Source of the DNA: Phototrophicaceae bacterium
GTDB lineage: Bacteria; Chloroflexota; Anaerolineae; Aggregatilineales; Phototrophicaceae
Direction: 5' to 3'
Assembly: GCA_965261855.1 (NCBI GenBank)
Contig: OZ253488.1
Location: forward strand, 2,873,388-2,937,387
Length of the DNA stretch: 64,000 nt
This document shows, piece by piece, positions 48,696-62,094 of the stretch. The position numbers and the translations under genes were made by a program. Within the stretch, counting starts at the first letter, position 1, and every line of letters begins with the position of its first letter. Below the pieces are notes generated by a model. That model was given only the letters and a program-made list of their open reading frames with translations, was not told where the DNA came from and did not search any database.

Positions 48696-51230
48696 TCAAC
48701 TGCCAGCGGCGATCGCTGCCGCGACGGCACGGATACTGCCTGCCTTGACCGTCAGCGGGATCGCCTCATCCATCATATGGCGAGGAAGCGCCACCGTCCG
48801 CGCCGCGATTTCTTCGCTGACCGCCGCCCGCACCCGAACGATCGACTCGCCAGCGGCGATCTCTACCATTTCTCCCTCGCCGATACCCATCGCCGCCGCA
48901 TCATCAGCGTTGACGACGGCAAAAGGCTCAAGGATTCGCGGCTCGAGAATCAGCGTCGGGCGGAAATTGCGCTGGCGGTTGTAAAGCCGCGTGATTGGCA
49001 TGATTAGAACTTCATTTTCTTCCAGGCTCGGCTGCTCATAGGTCCCCAAGCGCCGCGGACGCCGCCCTTTGCGCTTGTCGGACGCAGATGGAATCTGAAC
49101 CCCCAACCCGCCCGTATTGGTATAAGCCGTGCCGCCATAGTATTGATCACGCCCGCCTACATCGGGGAACTCGCGTTTCACCTTCGCCAACTCCTTGTAG
49201 CTGATGCCGCTGAAAGCATCCACATTGGCGCTCAATTCAAGCATGACGGCGGCCGCCGACGGCTTCAAATGCCCCGCTCCGATTTCCTGACGCAGGCCGC
49301 CGAAGAGCTTCCAGGCTGGCAGCGCCTGCCCAATCGGACCCTGCGCGGTGTAAAACCGCTGCACGCGCCGCTCGCCATTGACGAAGCTGCCATCGCGCTC
49401 GGCGAAGCTCTGAATCGGCAAGACGTACTCGGCCAACTCCGAAATGCCATCATCAAAGAAGTTGGCATAGATAACCGTTTCCACTTGGCTCAGCCAACTG
49501 CGCGCCGCCGGATCGTCATCAAGGGTTTCCGCCTGCGCCACGATCAGCGCTTTCGGCGGATTCTCCATGATGTCCAGCGTCGTCTCAGGCGCGAAACCAA
49601 GATAATGCAAGCCCATGCCATTTGCGCCCGGCAAAGGCAACAGCAAACCATTATTGCGCCGGCCGATATGCCCGCTTTCGATCAGGAAATTGGCTGCCGC
49701 CTGCGCCAGCGCCTGGCTGCCCGAGAGCGTCAGCCCCTCAGCGCCGGCGACAATCACCAGATTCTCCGCCCCGCTCAAGCGCTCGGCAATCGCCGGATGT
49801 TCGGCGCTGAGATTTTGCATCACGTCTACAGCGCTGCCGCCGCCGTAGCGAATCGCATCGCCTTCCACCACCTTGTCATAGCGCGCGCCCTGCACGGCGA
49901 AGTCTTCCAGCCGCGTATGACGCGCATTGGCGACAACCAGATAAGCGCCGCGGTCTTGCGCCTGCTTCAGCCGTAGATGCCAGATTGGTACCTCTTCTTC
50001 CAAATCAGAGGCGATCACCAGGATTGCGTCACCCCGGCCCAACTGCCCCAGATTCGTCCCGAAACCGACGCCGACCTCCGCGGCGATTTCCGCACCGCCC
50101 TGCGTCGGCATCCACGCGCCCATCCGAGAGCCGCCCAGCGCTTCTACCAGTTGGCGCAACTCCCATAGGTCCTCGTTCGACATACTGCTGCCGGCGATCG
50201 CCGCCACATCGCCATCGGCGGCTTTCAACGCGCTCGCCAGCGCCGGCAGCACGGCGCCCCAATTGGACTCGCGCATAGCGCCGCCAGTCCTCATCATCGG
50301 CTGCCGCAGCCGATCTTCGCTGCGCGTAAAATGATGACCGAAGCGTGTCTTGTCGCTGATCCAAATCTCATTAACGCGTTCGTTCTGCCGCGGCATTACG
50401 CGCTTGATTACCGCCTTGCCATCAAAGTCGCGGTCGAGCCGCATACTCAAGCTGATATTCTCGCCGGCCGCATCCCAAGGCGAGATACTCGGCACTTCGT
50501 TCAATTCCCAAGGACGCGCGCCAAAGCGAAAATCAGTCGTGGTCAACGCGCCCACCGGGCAAATGTCGGTCGTATTGCCGCTGAAGTAAGTATCGAATCC
50601 GGGATCGGAATTGGTAATAATCTGCAATCGGCGTCCGCGCTCGTGGAATGCCAGCACATCATCGCCCACGACCTCGTCCTGAAAACGGACGCAGCGCGCG
50701 CATTGAATGCAGCGCTCGCGGTCGAGGAAGATCAAATCCCCCAGCGGATAATGCTTTTCCGATAATTGCTTGTCTTCGAAATACATCCGCGAAGACTGCG
50801 GTCCATGTTGCATGGTCAGGTTCTGCAGCGGGCATTCGCCGCCCTTGTCGCAGATCGGGCAATCCAGCGGATGGCTCGACAGCAGAAATTCCAACACATC
50901 GTTGCGCGCGCCGATCACTTCCTGTGTATTCGTCTTGATATGCATGCCGTCGCTGACGGTCGTCGTGCACGCGGTTTGCAGCTTGGGGAAATACCGGATC
51001 TGCGGACTGCCGTCTTCGTTGCGCATCACTTCGCCGGTGGCGCGGTCGCGGGCCGGCGTCCCCAATTCAACCAGGCACATCCGGCACATGCCAACCGGTT
51101 CCATCTTGGGATGATAGCAAAATACCGGAATATCATTGCCCGCGTGCCACTTGGCGGCATCAACCAGATTCGACCCGGCTGCTACCTGGTAATCCTTACC
51201 ATCGACATTGATTGTCACCGTGTCGGACAT
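48696..51230 (-). CDS. nuoG: NADH-quinone oxidoreductase subunit G
   Basis: 844 aa; N-terminal 2Fe-2S/4Fe-4S Cys clusters (CYHPKMEPVGMCRMCLVE, HPLDCPICDKGGECPLQ); GGAGG SD. Confidence 0.95.
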   Translation of the reverse strand: MSDTVTINVDGKDYQVAAGSNLVDAAKWHAGNDIPVFCYHPKMEPVGMCRMCLVELGTPARDRATGEVMRNEDGSPQIRYFPKLQTACTTTVSDGMHIKTNTQEVIGARNDVLEFLLSSHPLDCPICDKGGECPLQNLTMQHGPQSSRMYFEDKQLSEKHYPLGDLIFLDRERCIQCARCVRFQDEVVGDDVLAFHERGRRLQIITNSDPGFDTYFSGNTTDICPVGALTTTDFRFGARPWELNEVPSISPWDAAGENISLSMRLDRDFDGKAVIKRVMPRQNERVNEIWISDKTRFGHHFTRSEDRLRQPMMRTGGAMRESNWGAVLPALASALKAADGDVAAIAGSSMSNEDLWELRQLVEALGGSRMGAWMPTQGGAEIAAEVGVGFGTNLGQLGRGDAILVIASDLEEEVPIWHLRLKQAQDRGAYLVVANARHTRLEDFAVQGARYDKVVEGDAIRYGGGSAVDVMQNLSAEHPAIAERLSGAENLVIVAGAEGLTLSGSQALAQAAANFLIESGHIGRRNNGLLLPLPGANGMGLHYLGFAPETTLDIMENPPKALIVAQAETLDDDPAARSWLSQVETVIYANFFDDGISELAEYVLPIQSFAERDGSFVNGERRVQRFYTAQGPIGQALPAWKLFGGLRQEIGAGHLKPSAAAVMLELSANVDAFSGISYKELAKVKREFPDVGGRDQYYGGTAYTNTGGLGVQIPSASDKRKGRRPRRLGTYEQPSLEENEVLIMPITRLYNRQRNFRPTLILEPRILEPFAVVNADDAAAMGIGEGEMVEIAAGESIVRVRAAVSEEIAARTVALPRHMMDEAIPLTVKAGSIRAVAAAIAAGS

Positions 51231-51272
51231 TCACGCCTCCACCATCAGAACGAGCTGCTTCTTCCGCAGCCG

Positions 51273-51605
51273 CTACAACTCGCGCTCCGCCAATTTCAAT
51301 CCGTACAGCGCGCGATCGCGCATCACCTGTTCCATCAAAAGCCAGCCTTTGGCTTCGTCCAAATCGCGCGCCAATTCAAGCGCGCGTTCGAAATCCGTCT
51401 TCGCCCGCTCGTATTCTCCGCGTTCCAGGTTTAACTCTCCGCGCAAAACCAACACATTCATATTGTCGGGCGACTCTCCAATCAATCCGCTCAACTGGCG
51501 ATACCGCCGATAAAAGTCGCGCTCCCGCTCCAAGGGCGTCTTGAATATGGCGCTAACCAGCCTTTCGCTGAGACGAGCCCTGCCCGGCTTAGCCACTTCA
51601 AGCAA
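51273..51605 (-). CDS. Small TPR-like protein embedded between nuoF and nuoG
   Basis: 110-codon ORF (TTG 51605; more likely GTG 51596 with GGGGAG SD 9 nt upstream). TPR-like LRGELNLERGEYERAKTDFERALELARDLD. 14 nt after the nuoF stop and 42 nt before the nuoG start. Confidence 0.65.
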   Translation of the reverse strand: MLEVAKPGRARLSERLVSAIFKTPLERERDFYRRYRQLSGLIGESPDNMNVLVLRGELNLERGEYERAKTDFERALELARDLDEAKGWLLMEQVMRDRALYGLKLAEREL

Positions 51606-51619
51606 CTCCCCTGGGTAGC

Positions 51620-52870
<1,251 letters not shown>

Positions 52871-52895
52871 ACTCGCTCTTGATTCCTTTTGCCCG

Positions 52896-53408
52896 CTAGC
52901 CCTGACTGCGCCCGTTCATCTCTGCCGCCGCTTCCGCGCGCCACTTCGCCAGCAATTCGCGCATCTTGTCCTGATCAAGACTTTCCACATAACGGAAGTT
53001 GCACTGCAGCATCGGCGCCTTATCACATGCCGCCAAACACATGACATGCTCTACCGTGAACATGCCGTCGGCTGAGGTGCCACCCTCTTCCACGCCCAAC
53101 TCCTCTTTCAACCAGGCATGGAAATCATCGGCGCCCGCCAGCGCGCAGGGCAAATCGGTGCAGACTTGCAGCCAATACCTGCCCTTGGGCTTCTCCGAAT
53201 ACATCGTATAAAAGCCGGCAATCGACTTCACTTGCGTCGGATCAAGATTGAGAAGCTGCGCCACCTCGTTGATGCCGTCTTGATTGACCCAGCCGTACTC
53301 TTCTTGCGCGATATAGAGCAGCGGCATCACGGCGGAGCGCTTGGTTTCATATTTCGCAATATGCTGGTTGATGCGCTCTTCATATTTTGGATTGCCGATG
53401 ATCGCCAT
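52896..53408 (-). CDS. nuoE: NADH-quinone oxidoreductase subunit E
   Basis: 170 aa, thioredoxin-like 2Fe-2S (VCTDLPCALAG ... CLAACDKAP). Confidence 0.93.
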   Translation of the reverse strand: MAIIGNPKYEERINQHIAKYETKRSAVMPLLYIAQEEYGWVNQDGINEVAQLLNLDPTQVKSIAGFYTMYSEKPKGRYWLQVCTDLPCALAGADDFHAWLKEELGVEEGGTSADGMFTVEHVMCLAACDKAPMLQCNFRYVESLDQDKMRELLAKWRAEAAAEMNGRSQG

Positions 53409-53502
53409 CTACTGCTTTCCTTCGCAAACGGATTCCCGCCTATGCTTCGGGAACCCATTCATTTGTGTCTACACTTCTGCGTCGGCCAAGGTCCGACAGC
53501 GA

Positions 53503-54771
53503 CTAGCGGTCGCAATCGCCGAGCACGATATCAACGCTGCCGATGATCGCCACCATATCAGCCAAGAGATAACCCTTCGCAACAACCGGCAGCGCGCTGA
53601 TATGAATGAACGACGGCGTCTTGAAATGCACCCGCCGTGGTTTGTTGGCGCCTGTCCCGTGGATGTAACAGCCAATCTCGCCACGCGGGCTTTCGATGGC
53701 GTTATAAATCTCATCGTCCGGCGCGTCATAACCGTAAGTCCAAAGCTTGAAATGGTGAATCACCGCTTCCATGCTCTGCCCCAACTCGCTGCGCAGCGGC
53801 GGACAATACTTGTTGTTCTCCGAACGATAAGGTCCCTGAACCGTCTCCAGGCGCGCCACCGCCTGATTCAGTATCTTCATGCTCTCGCGAAATTCCTGGA
53901 TCCGAATCAGATAGCGATCATAAACATCGCCATGCTCGCCTAGCGGCACATTGAAATCGTAGGTCTCGTAGCCGCTGTAGGGCTGCGCCTTGCGCAAATC
54001 CCAGTTGACGCCACTTCCGCGCAATGCCGGTCCGGTCATGCCGTAAGCGAGCGCGACATCCGGCTCGATCACTCCAACGCCCTGCGCGCGATCCTTCCAA
54101 ATTGGATTCTTCGTGAGCAAAGCTTCGTAATCATCGACCTTCGCCGGGAAATCCAGGAGAAACTGCTTAATGGTCGGCAAGAAATCATCCGGCACATCGC
54201 GCCAGACGCCGCCCGGACGAATATAGCTGCTCATCATGCGCTGGCCCGAAAGCATCTCGAACATGCCCAGGATGCGCTCGCGCTCGCGAAACGCGTACAG
54301 CAGCACGCTCATCGCGCCCATATCGATGGCATGCGTGCCCAGCCATACCAAGTGACTGGCGCAGCGCGCCAATTCCAGGCAGACAACGCGGATGATCTGG
54401 CCCCGCTCCGGCACATCCAAATCCAGCAGCTTCTCCACCGCCGCAGAAAATGCCATGTTGTTGGACATCGGCGACAGATAATCCATGCGGTCCGTCAGCG
54501 GCACCGCCTTTTCGTAGCTCTTGTCCTCAATCGACTTTTCGATGCCGGTATGCAAGAATCCGATATCGGGCAGGCAACTAACGATCTGCTCGCCATCAAG
54601 TTCGAGCAATAACCGTAAAACGCCGTGCGTGCTGGGATGATGCGGTCCCATATTGAGCAGCATCGTCTCGCCGGTGATCGCGCGTTCCGATACCAGACCG
54701 CGCAACTGATCGAGATCGCCCTCCCAGCGGCGCTGCTCTTCAATCGATTCCGTATGCTCTGCAACTGCCAT
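53503..54771 (-). CDS. nuoD: NADH-quinone oxidoreductase subunit D
   Basis: 422 aa, NMGPHHPSTHGVLRL and IGSVDIVLGDCDR C-terminus. Confidence 0.96.
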   Translation of the reverse strand: MAVAEHTESIEEQRRWEGDLDQLRGLVSERAITGETMLLNMGPHHPSTHGVLRLLLELDGEQIVSCLPDIGFLHTGIEKSIEDKSYEKAVPLTDRMDYLSPMSNNMAFSAAVEKLLDLDVPERGQIIRVVCLELARCASHLVWLGTHAIDMGAMSVLLYAFRERERILGMFEMLSGQRMMSSYIRPGGVWRDVPDDFLPTIKQFLLDFPAKVDDYEALLTKNPIWKDRAQGVGVIEPDVALAYGMTGPALRGSGVNWDLRKAQPYSGYETYDFNVPLGEHGDVYDRYLIRIQEFRESMKILNQAVARLETVQGPYRSENNKYCPPLRSELGQSMEAVIHHFKLWTYGYDAPDDEIYNAIESPRGEIGCYIHGTGANKPRRVHFKTPSFIHISALPVVAKGYLLADMVAIIGSVDIVLGDCDR

Positions 54772-54785
54772 ATCGACCTCGGACC

Positions 54786-55355
54786 TCAGTCCCTCGCGAA
54801 GGGTTTATGCTCGTGTATCTCATCGACATTAAAGGAAAAGGCCACCGTCTCTTTGCCCAGCGGATAATCGCGCCGATGCGGATGACCATACCAATCGTCC
54901 GGCATCAGCAGGCGCCGCTGATCGCTATGACCCTCAAAGACGATGCCCATCATGTCAGCGATCTCCCGCTCCAGCCAATTTGCCGCGGGCCACACCACCG
55001 TCGCCGTGGGCAGCCGCGGATCATCCTCAGCCGCGAAGGCTTTCACCCGCAGCCGCCGGTTGTAAAGCATCGACAATATATGATAAGAAACGCCAAATCG
55101 TTCAGGCCGATAATCGCTCTCATCCCCATCAAAATTCTCGCCATAATCGTTCGGGAAATAGTCGACGGCGCTGACATCGGAGAGCATGTTATAAACCAAG
55201 CCCGATGTTACCCGCAGAAAGTCCAGCGCTTCAGCCACGCGCAAAGCCTCGACGACAATCGTCGTCTCGCCGCGAAACTCTTTGACATGCAGCACCGCGT
55301 CGCCAAACGCCTCACGTACCGCGCCCACCGGGTCTCTTGCCGCCGGTATTTCCAT
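54786..55355 (-). CDS. nuoC: NADH-quinone oxidoreductase subunit C
   Basis: 189 aa, ANWLEREIADMMGIVFEGHSD block. Confidence 0.93.
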   Translation of the reverse strand: MEIPAARDPVGAVREAFGDAVLHVKEFRGETTIVVEALRVAEALDFLRVTSGLVYNMLSDVSAVDYFPNDYGENFDGDESDYRPERFGVSYHILSMLYNRRLRVKAFAAEDDPRLPTATVVWPAANWLEREIADMMGIVFEGHSDQRRLLMPDDWYGHPHRRDYPLGKETVAFSFNVDEIHEHKPFARD

Positions 55356-55398
55356 CCGCTACTCGCTTTGCCTTCTCAATGTCGTCGCCAAGCTTAAA

Positions 55399-55902
55399 TT
55401 ACGCCCAATCGGCGATGCGCTCGCCGCGGACCTTTTCGTGCAGAGTCAAGATGCCGTGCAGCAATTGTTCCGGGCGCGGCGGGCAACCGGCGATATAAAC
55501 ATCCACGGGAATAATCTCATCCACGCCCTGCACGATCGCGTAATTGTTGTAGACACCCCCACAAGAAGCGCAATCGCCCATCGAAATGACCCATTTCGGC
55601 TCCGCCATCTGGTCGTAAAGCTGCCGCACCACCGGCGCCATCTTCCGCGTCAGCCGCCCCGATACAATCAGCAAATCCGCCTGCCGCGGCGTCGCCCGAT
55701 TCAACTCCATGCCAAAACGCGACAAGTCATAACTCGACGCCTGCGAACTCATATACTCAATCGCGCAGCAAGCCAAGCCAAACAACAGCGGCCACATCGC
55801 GCCCGTGCGCGCCCAATTGACCGCCTGCTCAACAGTGGTGGTCACGACCCCGAGATTACCCAGTTTCGAGCTTACTCCCATTCCAAACCACCTTTCTTCC
55901 AT
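55399..55902 (-). CDS. nuoB: NADH-quinone oxidoreductase subunit B
   Basis: GLACCAIE...GDCASCGG...GCPPRPE N2 cluster ligands. Alternative ATG 55881; overlaps the nuoA end. Confidence 0.94.
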   Translation of the reverse strand: MEERWFGMGVSSKLGNLGVVTTTVEQAVNWARTGAMWPLLFGLACCAIEYMSSQASSYDLSRFGMELNRATPRQADLLIVSGRLTRKMAPVVRQLYDQMAEPKWVISMGDCASCGGVYNNYAIVQGVDEIIPVDVYIAGCPPRPEQLLHGILTLHEKVRGERIADWA

Positions 55903-56234
55903 TCGTACACGAAGCCGACGATCAGGATCACCGTGAAGATCGCCATCACCGCCAATCCATAAACACCCAGGTCACGCATGGACACCGCCCACGGCAAAAA
56001 GAAAATCACCTCGATATCGAAGATGATGAACAGGACGGCGACCAAATAAAACTTGACCGGCAGACGGCGCGTGGCGGGACCAATCGGCTTCATGCCGCTT
56101 TCATACGGAACTGATTTGCGATAGGTCGGCCGATGCGGACCCATCAAGCGCGAGATGTTGGCGATAATCAATGCCAAGACGACCGATATAACCAGCAACG
56201 CGGTGACAGGACCAAATTCCAGGACGGTCGGCAT
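55872..56234 (-). CDS. nuoA: NADH-quinone oxidoreductase subunit A
   Basis: 120 aa, three TM helices, YESGMKPIG...[22 protein letters not shown]. Confidence 0.93.
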   Translation of the reverse strand: MPTVLEFGPVTALLVISVVLALIIANISRLMGPHRPTYRKSVPYESGMKPIGPATRRLPVKFYLVAVLFIIFDIEVIFFLPWAVSMRDLGVYGLAVMAIFTVILIVGFVYEWKKGGLEWE

Positions 56235-56280
56235 CGGGCTCCAACCATTTGTGCTTTTTGGAACAAATCAGACAACAGTG

Positions 56281-56309
56281 AGATTAGCATACAACATTCG
56301 CAAAATCAA
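56281..56309 (-). promoter_or_regulatory. Candidate nuo operon promoter
   Basis: Minus strand TTGATT-17 nt-TAATCT with TGc extended -10, about 45 nt upstream of the nuoA ATG. Confidence 0.45.
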
Positions 56310-56440
56310 GCGAGGCTGAACTCGGTTTCGCGCCAATGTTAACCCTGGGCATAAAAGCGCATAAAAGGCAGTAAATGGCGAGCTGGGCTGGTTCGCCGTT
56401 CTATAAGCCAGAAACAATCGTCAAAAGGATTATTTTGGTC

Positions 56441-56474
56441 AAATGAAAAGGGATACATCAATTCGATGCATCCC
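56441..56474 (-). terminator. Rho-independent terminator of rpoB
   Basis: Minus strand GGGATGCATC-GAATT-GATGTATCCC (10 bp, one G-U) followed by TTTTCATTT, 30 nt after the rpoB stop. Confidence 0.7.
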
Positions 56475-56504
56475 CAATAGTGTTTCGAGATAAATTGACC
56501 CGCG

Positions 56505-60554
<4,050 letters not shown>

Positions 60555-60736
60555 GACGCGGCTCCTTGGACAATTAGCTGACTCGGCTGAGGGTGAGAAT
60601 CGACAACAGGAAAACGGCTACACTGCTTCTGCGCGGTGATGAAGGCGAATGACAAAGCGCAACCAACACAAACAGCGTATTTGACCAGTTTTCACGGTTC
60701 CAACAGATTGTGAAAGGAAGAGGATTGCAAACTAGC

Positions 60737-60766
60737 AGTGTAATCGAATAACGCCGGTCTTGTCAA
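60737..60766 (-). promoter_or_regulatory. Candidate rpoB promoter
   Basis: Minus strand TTGACA-18 nt-TACACT, implying a ~175-nt leader. Confidence 0.45.
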
Positions 60767-60867
60767 GACAAACCTTCTAACTGGACCGTTATTCAAACTA
60801 GCATACCCAAAGTCTACCAGAACCATCAGAATATGCAAGCGCCTTTTTTGCCCCTGTTGAGGAGCTT

Positions 60868-61018
60868 TGTAGACACTCGCGCCACGATGCCGCCGCCCAC
60901 GCAAAATTCCTTGCTCGCCGTCGATTGCCATCCGCAATCATGGCGAAATCCGTAGGGGCGAGACTTGTCTCGCCCTCCCTATTTTTGGGATGCCGCCGGT
61001 CGTGGCAGTGTCTACGCG
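60868..61018. repeat. MITE-like repeat element E2 (module A left end, internal GTAGGGGCGAGAC hairpin, inverted right end)
   Basis: TGTAGACACTCGCGCCACGATGCCGCCGCCCACGCAAAATTCCTTGC ... GTAGGGGCGAGACTTGTCTCGCCC ... GCCGCCGGTCGTGGCAGTGTCTACGCG. The ends are mutually inverted. Homologous to 21092-21218. Confidence 0.6.
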
Positions 61019-61035
61019 CCACTATAGATTGTGCG

Positions 61036-61119
61036 AAAGGGGCCTGGGGGTGGGGGTTTGCCGCTCACAACGTAAACAGCGGCGAGCAAACCGCAGTGCC
61101 GGCGGTCAGTGTCTACGCG
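61036..61119 (+). repeat. Partial composite repeat (G-rich half of module B, module C, right inverted end)
   Basis: GGGGCCTGGGGGTGGGGGTTTGCCGCTCACAACGTAAACAG matches 26559-26599. It then continues to CCGGCGGTCAGTGTCTACGCG, identical to 21199-21218. Confidence 0.65.
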
Positions 61120-61188
61120 ACCTATTAGGTCGCCCGCCATACCCAGCACAACAATCTATCCACCGTCTCAGACACGCCAGTACGTGTC

Positions 61189-61212
61189 GTAGGGGCGAGC
61201 CTTCGCTCGCCC
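61189..61212. repeat. GTAGGGGCGAG...CTCGCCC hairpin family member (H5)
   Basis: GTAGGGGCGAGC-CTTC-GCTCGCCC. Confidence 0.6.
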
Positions 61213-61238
61213 TCTTGGTGTTCTAGCTGGCAAAGCTT

Positions 61239-61267
61239 TTGTGTTTCCACCGAAAAGGATACACTGC
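61239..61267 (+). promoter_or_regulatory. Shared promoter-like motif, copy C (faces the methyltransferase gene)
   Basis: TTGTGT-TTCCACCGAAAAGGA-TACACT; core GTTTCCACCGA-N5-ATACACTGCC; 36 nt before ATG 61301. Confidence 0.35.
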
Positions 61268-61300
61268 CTGTTAACAGGTACAAAAGGTAAGCGCCGCCAC

Positions 61301-62092
61301 ATGCCCAAACGACCGTCCCTAGATACCAAACAGCAGGTGCAGCAGCGATTCGCCGATGTCGCCGCCAACTATCGCACGAGCAAGGTCCATGCCGCCGGAC
61401 CCGATCTGGACCGGATGCTCCAGCTAACACCCCTCCCCGAGGGCTCCCGCGTGCTCGACGCCGGCTGCGGCGCCGGCCATACCGCCCTGGCATTTGCCGC
61501 CCATGCCGATCTGGTCATCGCTTGCGACTTCACCCCGCCGATGCTGAACCAGGTCCGGCTGCTCGCGCGTGAACGAGGCGCGACCAACATACGCCCTCAG
61601 CTAGCCGACGTCGAGCGCCTGCCCTTCGCCGATGATAGCTTCGACTTGGTCGTGACCCGCTACAGCGCTCATCACTGGGGGCAGCCCGAGCGCGCGCTGT
61701 CCGAATTTCGGCGCCTGCTCAAAGCCGACGGCGCCCTGCTCATCAGCGATATCATGGCGCGCGAAGATTACGCCCAGGATACCTTCCTGCAAACGATTGA
61801 ACTCCTGCGCGATCCGTCGCACATCCGCGATTACCGCATCTCCGAATGGCGCGCCATGTTGGCGGGCGCCGGCTTCGCTACCGAGGTCCTCATGACTTTC
61901 GACTTGACCCTGCATTTCGACACCTGGATTCGCCGCATGGGCGCCCCGCGACAGCATGCCGATATGATCAAAGCCGTCTTTGACGAAGCGCCGGCCGACA
62001 TCAGGCGCGCCTTTCGCTTGCCCGCCAGCGTCACCAGCGACGACTTTGAATTCGTCATCCCCGGCGCCGTCATTCGCGCGACGATCGCCTAG
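61301..62092 (+). CDS. Class I SAM-dependent methyltransferase (UbiE/type-11-like)
   Basis: VLDAGCGAGHTALAFA motif I and DLVVTRYSAHHW. ATG 61301; the ORF-track start 61241 lies in the promoter-like motif. Confidence 0.8.
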   Translation: MPKRPSLDTKQQVQQRFADVAANYRTSKVHAAGPDLDRMLQLTPLPEGSRVLDAGCGAGHTALAFAAHADLVIACDFTPPMLNQVRLLARERGATNIRPQLADVERLPFADDSFDLVVTRYSAHHWGQPERALSEFRRLLKADGALLISDIMAREDYAQDTFLQTIELLRDPSHIRDYRISEWRAMLAGAGFATEVLMTFDLTLHFDTWIRRMGAPRQHADMIKAVFDEAPADIRRAFRLPASVTSDDFEFVIPGAVIRATIA

Positions 62093-62094
62093 CC

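Noticed and set aside
60868-61270. CRISPR array, suggested by the multiple short repeats here and at 26471-26599 and 29319-29450
   Set aside because: The repeats are heterogeneous modules, some inverted, without regular repeat-spacer periodicity. No cas genes are present in the window.
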